Assembly: GCA_002839245.1 (NCBI GenBank)
Contig: PGXR01000002.1
Location: 1 to 33,041, forward strand
Direction: 5' to 3'
Length of the DNA: 33,041 nt
From: Spirochaetae bacterium HGW-Spirochaetae-7
Lineage (GTDB): Bacteria; Spirochaetota; Spirochaetia; Treponematales; UBA12059
A program made the position numbers and the translations under genes. The notes beneath the pieces were generated by a model. It searched no databases. It worked only from the letters and a program-made list of their open reading frames with translations, and was not told the origin of the DNA. Below are positions 1-9,860 of this stretch, piece by piece (position 1 is the stretch's first letter; every line of letters begins with the position of its first letter).

Positions 1-1
1 C

Positions 2-793
2 CCGACCAATAGCGCCCACTACGATTCGACCTATCCCATCCTCGAGATCCTGCGGCACCTGGATTTCCTGAGCCACCTCGACATCGCCAAGGCCCAGGAA
101 TTCCTGCTCATGGCCAGGGAGGAGCGCTTCAAGGCGGGTGACCGCATAATCGAACGCGGTACGGCCGGCGACAAGTTTTATGTCATCTACCTGGGCAATG
201 TTTCGGTACGCAGCGGTGAGCTGCGCCACGAGAAGATCTACGGATCGTATGAGTACTTCGGGGAGGTGGCACTCCTCAGCGGGGGAGCGCGGATGGCCGA
301 CGTGGTAGCCGAGACCGAGGTCATCGCCTATAGCCTGGGCCGGGATGAATTCCTCTCCTTCATCGCAGGTACCGAGTTCGAGCAGACCCTGATACGCGTG
401 GCCAAGCACAGGAGCCCCGAGACCTGGAACCTCCTGTCCACCAGCCGATTCTTCAATCTCTGCTCCTCGTACCAGAAGACCTGGCTCGAATCGATTCTCG
501 TCCCCGAGCGGCGCGAAAAGACGGGCGTGATACTCGCGCAAGGGCAGGTGGTCGACCGCATCTACCTCATCGGCGAGGGATACGTCCAGGTATTCAAGGA
601 CGGGGTGGAGGCGGCAACGCTCGGGTCGGGCGATTTTATCGGCGCTATGCACAAGGTAGCGGGGAACGAACCCGCCGAGTTCGAATTCAGGAACGACGGT
701 CCGGTGAGCCTGTTCGCCATGATCAAGGCGGACCTGGAACCCTTCATTAAAAACAACCCCGGCATCGTCATGAAACTGGCCTACGAGTTCTAG
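2..793 (+). CDS. 5'-truncated protein with two C-terminal cyclic nucleotide-binding domains (possibly an MBL-fold cAMP/cGMP phosphodiesterase-type protein)
   Basis: Frame is open from base 2 (PTNSAHYDSTYPILEILRHLDFL...) to TAG at 793. cNMP motifs: GDRIIERG..GDKFYVI..G / YFGEVALL..GARMADVVA, and a second degenerate domain QGQVVDRIYLIGEG..GDFIG. The N-terminal domain lies outside the window, so the PDE call is inference. Confidence 0.8.
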   Translation, partial: PTNSAHYDSTYPILEILRHLDFLSHLDIAKAQEFLLMAREERFKAGDRIIERGTAGDKFYVIYLGNVSVRSGELRHEKIYGSYEYFGEVALLSGGARMADVVAETEVIAYSLGRDEFLSFIAGTEFEQTLIRVAKHRSPETWNLLSTSRFFNLCSSYQKTWLESILVPERREKTGVILAQGQVVDRIYLIGEGYVQVFKDGVEAATLGSGDFIGAMHKVAGNEPAEFEFRNDGPVSLFAMIKADLEPFIKNNPGIVMKLAYEF

Positions 794-800
794 GGCAGCG

Positions 801-1682
801 ATGAGCATCAATAGCGGCGTCATCATAGCCATGGCCGTCGGCGTAGCGGGCTCCTCGGTCGTCCACCTGTCAAAGGCGCTGATGCGCATGGGCATCTCGG
901 GTATCGCGCGCAAGCAGAAGGCGGCCAGGATCGTCTACGGCTTGGGGATCCTGCTCAATTTTACCAATCCCCTGTGGGTGATCGTCGCGAACCGCTTCGC
1001 CCCGGTCGTGTACTACACGTCGATGTATGGGCTGGGCCTAGTCGCCCTGGTTCTCTTTTCGGCTAGATTCATGGGGGAGAAGCTCGAGCGCAAGCAGGTC
1101 TACGGCATCGTGGTCGTCTGCGCGGCGACGCTGGTCATCGGCGCCGGGAATATCATCCGCCCGATCCACTCGCTTTTTTCGGTCGATCAGTCACTTGTGC
1201 TGGTCGCCGCGACAGTATGGCTCGTAGGCGGACCGCTCTGCGCCATCGCCATCCGCCGCGCGCGGATCGTGGTCCAGGAACTGGCGTTCGGCCTCATCGC
1301 CGGCGGCTTCGGCGCCTTCGACTCGATCCTGAAGGGCATAGCCCAGGCGGGTCCGTACGGCAGCGCGTTCCTGCCTTCGGACGCGGCCCGATGGATGATA
1401 TTCGCGGCCAGCTTCCTCGGTGCCGCGGGCGCCTTCGGCATGGTCCAGTGGTCGTATCTGCGCGGTTGCAGGGCTTCCACGCTCGGCGCCAGCTTCAATG
1501 TGACGTATGTCGCGCTTCCTCTGGTTATCAGTACCTTTGCAGTTAAGGGAGCAGGACTGGGCCTCCCGTCGATGATCGGCTTGGCCCTGCTAGCGCTTGG
1601 CGTGTACCTGATCAGGACCCGGGCGACGACGACTATAACAAGATACAACGAAACCGACGCGCCACATGGAAGGAAACCATGA
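801..1682 (+). CDS. Polytopic membrane protein, DMT/NIPA-like transporter fold
   Basis: 293 aa, about 9 hydrophobic segments, DMT-like 'FSARFMGEKL' motif. Starts 7 bp after the upstream stop and overlaps the next gene by ATGA. Confidence 0.6.
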   Translation: MSINSGVIIAMAVGVAGSSVVHLSKALMRMGISGIARKQKAARIVYGLGILLNFTNPLWVIVANRFAPVVYYTSMYGLGLVALVLFSARFMGEKLERKQVYGIVVVCAATLVIGAGNIIRPIHSLFSVDQSLVLVAATVWLVGGPLCAIAIRRARIVVQELAFGLIAGGFGAFDSILKGIAQAGPYGSAFLPSDAARWMIFAASFLGAAGAFGMVQWSYLRGCRASTLGASFNVTYVALPLVISTFAVKGAGLGLPSMIGLALLALGVYLIRTRATTTITRYNETDAPHGRKP

Positions 1683-2128
1683 AACCAACAAAGCTATCGA
1701 TAGTGGCTATCGCTATCTGCCTGTTAGCCATCGCCGCGCTTGCAATGCCTGCTGATGAACCCGTGCGGAAGAACGGCTATTTCAATATCGACGCGGCGTA
1801 TCTGGCCCGCTTGCTTGCAGCAAAGGACTCGAAATCGGGCGCTGCAGGTAATTTTTTCCTTGTAAATACGCACGTTCCGTATGAAGGCCATATCCAGGGC
1901 ACTGACGCCTTCATCCCCTACAACAGGACATGGGAGATGGCCGGCCGGTATCCGGCAGACAAGACCGCGAGGATAGTCGTCTATTGCATGACGGGGCCTA
2001 TGTCAGATTCGGCCTCCCGTGCCCTGGTCCGATTGGGTTACACCAACGTTTACAACCTGATTGGCGGCATGCAGGCCTGGAAACGCGCCGGGCATGCGCT
2101 GGATTACAGCGGGGTGGTCAAGCCATGA
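1679..2128 (+). CDS. Exported rhodanese-like domain protein
   Basis: N-terminal signal peptide. Motifs GHIQG, IVVYCMTGPMS (catalytic Cys loop) and LGYTNVYNLIGGMQAW. Confidence 0.85.
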   Translation: MKPTKLSIVAIAICLLAIAALAMPADEPVRKNGYFNIDAAYLARLLAAKDSKSGAAGNFFLVNTHVPYEGHIQGTDAFIPYNRTWEMAGRYPADKTARIVVYCMTGPMSDSASRALVRLGYTNVYNLIGGMQAWKRAGHALDYSGVVKP

Positions 2129-2476
2129 TTCCCATTCATTCCGACTAGTTTTGCTACGCCATGGGGAATCCTGGCTTGCGACCTTTCATCACCATACATA
2201 TTTATGGATCCTTTACACATTCGGGAACGGCCACCGAGGATGCGCGGGTTTTTGAACTGGAAAAAGACTTGACCAGGACTACCACGGGGCCGGCGTTCAT
2301 CAATATTTCCGAGGAATACGTGAAGACCACCAGGCACGGCATATCCACCGACCCCGCTACCGACCCCGATACGAGGGCCGACTATCTCGCGTATATAGCT
2401 CCGTTCTACGGACGCCGATTGCCTCGTTCGAAGTGCATCCGGTCGAGCCTCACCGCATCGTCAACTCGCGCAGCAT

Positions 2477-4153
<1,677 letters not shown>

Positions 4154-4172
4154 TCATGCCATCGATATAACA

Positions 4173-4203
4173 AGCTTACTACCGTAGTTGAGTACGGAGT
4201 CAA
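4173..4203 (-). promoter_or_regulatory. MerR-dependent promoter/operator driving merA
   Basis: Minus strand reads TTGACT-CCGTACTCAACTACGGTAG-TAAGCT: -35 at 4203-4198, 19-bp spacer, -10 at 4178-4173. Dyad CCGTA-N6-TACGG at 4182-4197. Matches the Tn21/Tn501 mer operator architecture. Confidence 0.93.
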
Positions 4204-4208
4204 ATGAG

Positions 4209-4619
4209 ATGGACAGAAATTCCGGAAATCTGACAATCAGCATGGTGGCCGAAGTATCGGGGGTGGGCGTCGAAACGATACGCTATTACCAGCGCAGAGG
4301 GTTGCTCAGAGAACCGCCACGCATCGATGGAAGCATACGACGGTATGGAACGAGCGATATAGACAGGCTACGCTTCATCAAAGCAGCCAAGCGCTTGAGC
4401 TTCAGCCTCGATGAGATCGCCCAGCTGCTGCGGCTTGAAGACGGTCTACATTGCGATGAAGCCGCCAGTATTGCGACCGCCAGGCTTGAGGATGTGCGTT
4501 CCCGCCTGAGTGATCTACAGAAGATAGAACAGTCACTGACGGGTCTCCTCAACGCGTGCGGAGCCCGTACCGCCACGATACGCTGTCCACTCATCGCGGC
4601 GCTGTGCGATGAGAGTTAG
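4209..4619 (+). CDS. merR: Hg(II)-responsive transcriptional regulator MerR
   Basis: LTIS..A..GVGVETIRYYQRRGLL HTH. Three Hg-binding Cys equivalents (DGLHCDEA, NACGAR, RCPLIAAL). Divergent from merA across the operator. Confidence 0.95.
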   Translation: MDRNSGNLTISMVAEVSGVGVETIRYYQRRGLLREPPRIDGSIRRYGTSDIDRLRFIKAAKRLSFSLDEIAQLLRLEDGLHCDEAASIATARLEDVRSRLSDLQKIEQSLTGLLNACGARTATIRCPLIAALCDES

Positions 4620-4620
4620 A

Positions 4621-5178
4621 TCATGGAAGGTGCGCCAGGATTTCTTCTATTGAAGATCGCTTTTTGTAATCCGGGTCAAAATGCCTCCAGGCAACCATCC
4701 TGTCCGTACCGATGATATACGTCGCGGGGATGGGCAAGCGCTCGCTGTCGTCGGTGTTCGCGGTTTTAAGCTTTGCTCCGAGTACCGTGTTATACATGAA
4801 CCTGGCCTTCGAGTCCGGCATGAACGTCAGGTCGAACAGATCCGATATCCGGTAACCCTCGTCGTACAGCAGGGCGAATTCGGCTCCGGTCTTCTCCTGG
4901 GTACGCTTGAGGAATTCAGATCGCTCCGGTGAAACCGCGACGACCATCGCGCCTTTGGCCTGGATAGAGGCGAGCCCGTCCTGCAGCTTCTTGAGATGCG
5001 CGTTGCAGACGGGGCACCACTGGCCGCGGTAGAAAATGACGGCCACCGGGCCTTTCTCCAGCGCGGCGTACAGGCTCCAGCTTTGGCCATACAGATCCAC
5101 CGCGCTGAAGTCGGTGACCATCGAGCCCACTGACAGCCCCGTTGCCTCTTCTGCTTTTCGATTCGCTGATGCGTTCAT
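4621..5178 (-). CDS. Peroxiredoxin-like (AhpC/TSA/redoxin family) protein
   Basis: VIFYRGQWCPVCN, VVAVSPE and LPIPATYII motifs. GGAGG RBS before the ATG at 5178; the longer 5514 start overlaps the divergent gene. Confidence 0.88.
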   Translation of the reverse strand: MNASANRKAEEATGLSVGSMVTDFSAVDLYGQSWSLYAALEKGPVAVIFYRGQWCPVCNAHLKKLQDGLASIQAKGAMVVAVSPERSEFLKRTQEKTGAEFALLYDEGYRISDLFDLTFMPDSKARFMYNTVLGAKLKTANTDDSERLPIPATYIIGTDRMVAWRHFDPDYKKRSSIEEILAHLP

Positions 5179-5199
5179 GATATCCTCCCTGCAATAGTC

Positions 5200-5228
5200 T
5201 TGACTGATCGTTCCAAATACACTATACC
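5200..5228 (+). promoter_or_regulatory. Putative sigma70 promoter for the flavodoxin-AhpD-TetR-AhpD operon, with a possible overlapping TetR operator
   Basis: TTGACT(5200-5205)-N17-TATACC(5223-5228). The imperfect dyad TTGACT-GATC-GTTCCAA overlaps the -35. Confidence 0.45.
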
Positions 5229-5293
5229 AAGGCAACCGGTCAATGTATATCCCATGGCAAGCGGTCTTGCCATGGAGCTTTGGAGGTAACGAG

Positions 5294-5935
5294 ATGATAC
5301 TGGGAATCAGCGCCAGCGGGCGGGCGCGGGGCATCACGGAAGAGGCTGTCAGGGCGACCCTGGACGCTACCGGAGAAGAAACGAGTTTCGTGTCACTCGC
5401 GGGCCTGAGGATCAATGGTTGCACCGGTTGCCTGGGCTGCTCCGGCGACAATGTATGCAAACAGGAGGATGACTGGAACCAGATCGGCAGGGCCATGTTG
5501 ACGGCGGATGCCATTGTGTTCGGCGCTCCTGATTATTATGGTACCATCAACGGGCTCGGACACGCCTGCCTCGAACGAACCTTCTCGTTCAGGCACCGGG
5601 AACGGTACCTGCTGGCCGGGAAGCTGGGTGTATCCATACAAGTCGACGGAAGGACGGGCAGTACGGTACGCTCCTTCATTGAAATGTTGATGGGCTCGAA
5701 CAAGATGGCCGTGGTCGGGAGCCTCGGGGCTGCAGGGTTCTCGCAGTGTTATACCTGTGGCTATGGGGGGAACTGCGCGATCGGCAATGTTGTCGCCAGA
5801 CACGGGTTTCTTGAGAAGATAGAAGAGAGCCATCTTCCGCCGCGCTTCTGCGCCCAGGAAGAGGCTCGCGACAAAGCACGTATGACGGGCAGGATTCTGG
5901 GATCCATGTTGCGCGCCCGCCGTGGACAGGAGTGA
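5294..5935 (+). CDS. Flavodoxin-fold NADPH-dependent FMN reductase / iron-sulfur flavoprotein family
   Basis: ILGISASGR, CTGCLGC-x5-C (Isf-type Cys cluster), ADAIVFGAPDYYG and an extra CYTCGYGGNC motif. GGAGG RBS. Confidence 0.85.
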   Translation: MILGISASGRARGITEEAVRATLDATGEETSFVSLAGLRINGCTGCLGCSGDNVCKQEDDWNQIGRAMLTADAIVFGAPDYYGTINGLGHACLERTFSFRHRERYLLAGKLGVSIQVDGRTGSTVRSFIEMLMGSNKMAVVGSLGAAGFSQCYTCGYGGNCAIGNVVARHGFLEKIEESHLPPRFCAQEEARDKARMTGRILGSMLRARRGQE

Positions 5936-5937
5936 TC

Positions 5938-6495
5938 ATGGCTTTTATAAAGGTTATCGAGCCGGAGCAGGCAACGGGTCTTCTCAAGGAAATCTATGAC
6001 GGACTGGTGCAGTCACGCGGCAAGGTTGCCGATGTGCACAAGATCCAGAGTCTGCACCCCGAGACCATAACGGCCCACATGGACCTGTACATGTCCGTCA
6101 TGTTCTCCGCCTCGCCCTTGTCCAGGGCGGAGCGCGAGATGATGGCCGTCGTGGTTTCCATGCAGAATGGCTGCCCCTATTGCCAGGAGCACCATGGGCA
6201 AGCCCTCAATCATTACTGGAAGGACGAGGCGCGATTGTCCAGGCTCAGGACGGATCCCGCCACCGCCGGATTGTCTACGCGGGAAGCGGCGCTCTGCACC
6301 TTCGCCAAACTAGTTACCACAGCTCCCGCGGTCGGTGCCGACGGCTCCGCCGTGGCTGAGCTTAAGAAGGCTGGATTGGATGATCGGGGGATACTGGACG
6401 CCACGCTCGTCATCGGCTATTTCAACTTCGTCAACCGCATTGTACTGACACTCGGAGTAGAACTGGAAAACAATCCAGGCGGATACAAGTACTAG
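5938..6495 (+). CDS. AhpD/CMD-family peroxidase-related enzyme
   Basis: LSRAEREMMAVVVSMQNGCPYCQEHHG and YFNFVNRI motifs. Confidence 0.9.
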   Translation: MAFIKVIEPEQATGLLKEIYDGLVQSRGKVADVHKIQSLHPETITAHMDLYMSVMFSASPLSRAEREMMAVVVSMQNGCPYCQEHHGQALNHYWKDEARLSRLRTDPATAGLSTREAALCTFAKLVTTAPAVGADGSAVAELKKAGLDDRGILDATLVIGYFNFVNRIVLTLGVELENNPGGYKY

Positions 6496-6535
6496 CCGTC
6501 GCCATATTGCACAAGCTTACAATGAGGTACCGCAT

Positions 6536-7117
6536 ATGCCCTGGGAAAAGCAATTTGACGTGGACGAGGTGCTTGGCAAGGCCATCGATGCCTTCTGGTG
6601 CCGGGGCTTTGCGGCGACCTCCATGCAGGATCTGGTCGAGCGCACCGGCGTCAACCGCGCCAGCCTGTACGCCACCTATGGGGACAAGCGTACGTTGTTC
6701 ATAACGGCCCTCAAGTCATATGACGAGTCGCGCCGCCGGGCCCTCTTTGCAGACCTGGAGGCACGGTGCGAGCCCAAGGAAGCAATCCGCCAGCTCTTTT
6801 TTGCAAACACGGCCCAGGCTTCACGGCCTGGCGAGCAGCGCGGTTGCTTCATGGCCAACACTGCGCTCGAACTGGCACAGCACGACAAAGAAATCGGAGC
6901 CATCGTGGCAGAGGCCCAGGAGGAGATGGAAGCCTTCCTCTTCCGCATGATAGAGCGAGGCAAAGCCGACGGAAAAATACCCGAGCTCCTCGATGCGACG
7001 ACAGCCTCAAGGAGCCTCCTCGCCTCGCTCCTGGGAATTCTCGTGCTCGTCCGCAGCCGCCCCGAAAAAAAGCTTCTGGACGACGTGGTAGCCGAGGCGA
7101 TGCGGAAACTGAACTGA
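6536..7117 (+). CDS. TetR/AcrR family transcriptional regulator
   Basis: FWCRGFAATSMQDL..TGVNRASLYATYGDK HTH and GCFMANT (NemR/ComR-like C-terminal domain). Confidence 0.92.
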   Translation: MPWEKQFDVDEVLGKAIDAFWCRGFAATSMQDLVERTGVNRASLYATYGDKRTLFITALKSYDESRRRALFADLEARCEPKEAIRQLFFANTAQASRPGEQRGCFMANTALELAQHDKEIGAIVAEAQEEMEAFLFRMIERGKADGKIPELLDATTASRSLLASLLGILVLVRSRPEKKLLDDVVAEAMRKLN

Positions 7118-7150
7118 TGACGTACCCCAAACAACACTAAGGAGAACTAC

Positions 7151-7702
7151 ATGAACTTCGACGTACACACCATCGAGACGTCTCCGGAGTCCGCCAAGCT
7201 TCCGCTGGCCGAGGCCGTCAAAGGTTACGGCTTCCTGCCCAATATGATAGGCGTCATGTCCGAGGCGCCGGCCCTGCTCAAGGCCTACCGGGCGCTTTCG
7301 GAGCTGTTCGGTCAGACTTCGCTATCCCGCGACGAGAGAAACGTGGTCATGCTGACGGTTAGCCGCGAGAACGGCTGCGAATACTGCGTCGCGGCGCATA
7401 CCGGCATCGCGACGATGCAGAGGGTACCTGCCGAGGTCGTCAACGCCATCAGGGACGGCAAGCCAATCAGCGACGCGCGGCTGGAGGCTATACGAGCCTT
7501 TACGGCCGCCCTCGTCCATTCGCGCGGGTTCGCGACCGAATCCCAGCTCGAGGCTTTCATAGGGGCCGGGTATACCAAGGCCCAGGTCCTCGAAGTGGTG
7601 CTCGGCATCGGGTTCAAGACCCTGTCCAACTACACCAACCACCTGGCCCACACGCCGCTGGATCCCAAATTCGCCGCGGCCGCGTGGAAGAAGGAAGACT
7701 GA
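7151..7702 (+). CDS. Carboxymuconolactone decarboxylase/AhpD family protein
   Basis: GFLPN, ENGCEYCVAAH and KTLSNYTNH motifs. AAGGAG RBS. Confidence 0.9.
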   Translation: MNFDVHTIETSPESAKLPLAEAVKGYGFLPNMIGVMSEAPALLKAYRALSELFGQTSLSRDERNVVMLTVSRENGCEYCVAAHTGIATMQRVPAEVVNAIRDGKPISDARLEAIRAFTAALVHSRGFATESQLEAFIGAGYTKAQVLEVVLGIGFKTLSNYTNHLAHTPLDPKFAAAAWKKED

Positions 7703-7716
7703 CCTTGGAAAAGCGG

Positions 7717-7742
7717 GGGCGGCGGGAAATGACCCGTCGCCC
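7717..7742. terminator. GC-rich hairpin between convergent genes (likely terminator)
   Basis: GGGCGGCGGG-AAATGA-CCCGTCGCCC stem-loop, with a short A run upstream (U-tail on the minus strand). Confidence 0.6.
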
Positions 7743-7751
7743 TGAATCGAG

Positions 7752-8231
7752 TTAGTCTACCTGGTGGCACTCGATGCACATAGCAACGGTACCCTGGGTG
7801 GTGATCTTACCCGTACTGTTGAGTCGGATGTATTCCCAGTTGTTGTTTTCTGGATTGTAATTGGCGTCCCGTTTGACCATGACGAATATATCAGTCAGCT
7901 TGCCCTTCTTGCCATCAACATCCTTGAAGGTCTCCTTCAGCAGCACCGTACCTTCAGGGTATGGAAGGGGATCCTCTCCTCCGGCTATGGATACCGCCTC
8001 GCCAACGGGATTTACATAAATCTCCCGAAGTCCATTGCGGGCCAGGTGTACGCCACGTAACGAACCGGTGGGATCGCCGGACAGAGTTACCGCGTTGACC
8101 TTGTGCCAGTTCTGGTAGCCTGATATCACGGAGATATCCGAAAATGGCGTTCCTCCGGTCGTCGCGCAGGCGATGACAACGAGTACCGTAGCCAGGGCCA
8201 CCAGGCCCGATAGCTCAAACCTGTTCTTCAT
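7752..8231 (-). CDS. Cytochrome P460 family lipoprotein
   Basis: Lipobox-like VIAC. GYQNW, EIYVN, YPEGTVLLKE, VMVK and NNWEY motifs, with a C-terminal CIECH heme-binding motif. Confidence 0.8.
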   Translation of the reverse strand: MKNRFELSGLVALATVLVVIACATTGGTPFSDISVISGYQNWHKVNAVTLSGDPTGSLRGVHLARNGLREIYVNPVGEAVSIAGGEDPLPYPEGTVLLKETFKDVDGKKGKLTDIFVMVKRDANYNPENNNWEYIRLNSTGKITTQGTVAMCIECHQVD

Positions 8232-8255
8232 CCTGTTACCTCTTCCTTCATTGGA

Positions 8256-9668
8256 TTATATAATTCCAGGCTCGTGAGCCTGGAAATCGGGCTCGAATAC
8301 CTTCACGGGCAGCTCTTTTCCCTTGACGGGCGCGGTGTATCCCTTCTGCCACGAGAAATGCTCCTTGACCAGCAGGTAGGTAGCTTCCGATACCAAAACA
8401 GTCGTGCCTGCCAACTTGTTGAGCGATTCGATCCGGGACGCGGTGTTGACGGTATCGCCTATCGCCGTAAACTCGGTCTTCTTGCGGAACCCCAGTTCCC
8501 CGACGATCGCCGGCCCCGTATGGATGCCTATGCCTATCCTGAACTCATGGGCATAGCGCTTCTTCAAGTACACGTTGAATTCCGCTACCGCCTCGAGCAT
8601 GGCCTTGGCCGAGCGCATGGCCAGCATGGCGTGATGCTCTTGGTGTCCGTGCTCAAGGCCGAAGATGGCCATGATGCCGTCGCCCATGTACTTGTCGATG
8701 TAGCCGCCGTTGCCGTCTATCGCTCCGCCTATCACGTCGAAATACCGGTTGAGGATATGGACGATATCGTAGGGCAGCGATTTTTCAGAGAACGCGGTGA
8801 AGGACCGTATATCGGCGAACAGGATGGTGGCGTCGATCTCCCTGCCTACGACGTTGAGGCCGGTCCGACCCTCGTGGATGGCCTGGGAAATATCGTCGTC
8901 GTCCAGGACGAGGCGTTTCAGCTTGACGTCGCCCGTGGCGGTGCTCTGGCAGGCCAGCCTGACCTCCGGCGAGAATCCCTTGATCGCGGCAAGGCGCGCC
9001 TCCCTGGCGTTGCGGGGCTTGACGTTGTCCAGTCCTTCAGACACGAGGCAGCGGCAGGTCGAGCAGCGGGCCCGTCCTCCGCAGATATGCGTGTGGTTGA
9101 TGCCCGCCGAGAGCGAAGCCTGCAGGAACGGCGTGTCCGAATCGGTTTTGACCGGTTTGTCCTCGATGAAATCAAGGACTATATCGACTCGCTCTCCAGG
9201 GTGTCTGGTGTGTTCCGACGCACCGGCAGGGCTGGTGTCAAGTGTGGCTGCGCTCGGGCCATCATCGAAATGGACGAAGCGCTCCAGATATTTTCCGGAC
9301 AGGTCGCTCAGGTCCTTGGCGCTGACTCCCTTGTCCTTGGTTCCGCAGGCTCCGTTGACGCAGAAGTAGGCCGAGTTGTAGCCGCTGCACAGGTCGTAGA
9401 TGGGGCACGAAACGCAGTTGCAGCCCTTTCGTTTTACGACGGCACTGCTTTTGCCTCCGGCGCAGAACAAGGCCTCGCCCTTGACCCCTGGAAAACTCGG
9501 GCAAGTGCCGCAGTTCCTGTTGCATACAAGGAGGTTGGCCATGTTCATCTTGATGGTCGGATGCAGCGAGCCGGTTTCCATCCTTTCCTTGCGCAGCATC
9601 GGAGCCGGGAGCCGTTCTTTCATGCCGCGGGGCAGGAGATTCATCATTCCGATCATGAGCTTCATCAT
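8256..9668 (-). CDS. Class III adenylate cyclase with N-terminal Cys-rich (DUF2769-like) and 2Fe-2S ferredoxin domains
   Basis: Cyclase motifs ILFADIRSFT, IDKYMGDG and FTAIGDTVNTASRIE. Fer2 motif CGGRARCSTC...RLACQ. N-terminal CGTCPS..LFC..GKS..GCNCVSCP..YFC. Confidence 0.9.
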   Translation of the reverse strand: MMKLMIGMMNLLPRGMKERLPAPMLRKERMETGSLHPTIKMNMANLLVCNRNCGTCPSFPGVKGEALFCAGGKSSAVVKRKGCNCVSCPIYDLCSGYNSAYFCVNGACGTKDKGVSAKDLSDLSGKYLERFVHFDDGPSAATLDTSPAGASEHTRHPGERVDIVLDFIEDKPVKTDSDTPFLQASLSAGINHTHICGGRARCSTCRCLVSEGLDNVKPRNAREARLAAIKGFSPEVRLACQSTATGDVKLKRLVLDDDDISQAIHEGRTGLNVVGREIDATILFADIRSFTAFSEKSLPYDIVHILNRYFDVIGGAIDGNGGYIDKYMGDGIMAIFGLEHGHQEHHAMLAMRSAKAMLEAVAEFNVYLKKRYAHEFRIGIGIHTGPAIVGELGFRKKTEFTAIGDTVNTASRIESLNKLAGTTVLVSEATYLLVKEHFSWQKGYTAPVKGKELPVKVFEPDFQAHEPGII

Positions 9669-9791
9669 ACGCAAGGACTCCCTTTGCTTTCATTAATCCA
9701 GGTAACGAGTACGTCCACTTGATATGGTACGCTGATTTAGGGTAGAGCGCAAGTCATCGAATCGTACAGTCAGAGAAGCGTACAGTGCGGT

Positions 9792-9817
9792 GTAAGAATC
9801 TCCCGATACAACCCGTC
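9792..9817 (+). promoter_or_regulatory. Candidate ECF sigma promoter (copy 1) upstream of the YHS operon
   Basis: GTAAGA-N16-CGTC. The same motif and spacing recur at 13809-13784(-) and 14508-14533(+). Confidence 0.65.
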
Positions 9818-9860
9818 TGTCCTGTAGCAGGGCATGATACCATCCGGAGGAACCGCCATC

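Noticed and set aside
6495-6520. Near match to the ECF motif on the minus strand (GTAAG-N17-CGGC)
   Set aside because: Two mismatches to the consensus, and it points antisense into the AhpD gene.
8274-9722. 482-aa + strand ORF
   Set aside because: Antisense shadow of the adenylate cyclase, with no recognisable motifs; expected in GC-rich coding DNA.
9763-9786. Direct repeat CGTACAGT x2 (16-bp period) just upstream of ECF motif copy 1
   Set aside because: Only two 8-bp copies and not seen at the other motif sites; cannot be distinguished from chance.
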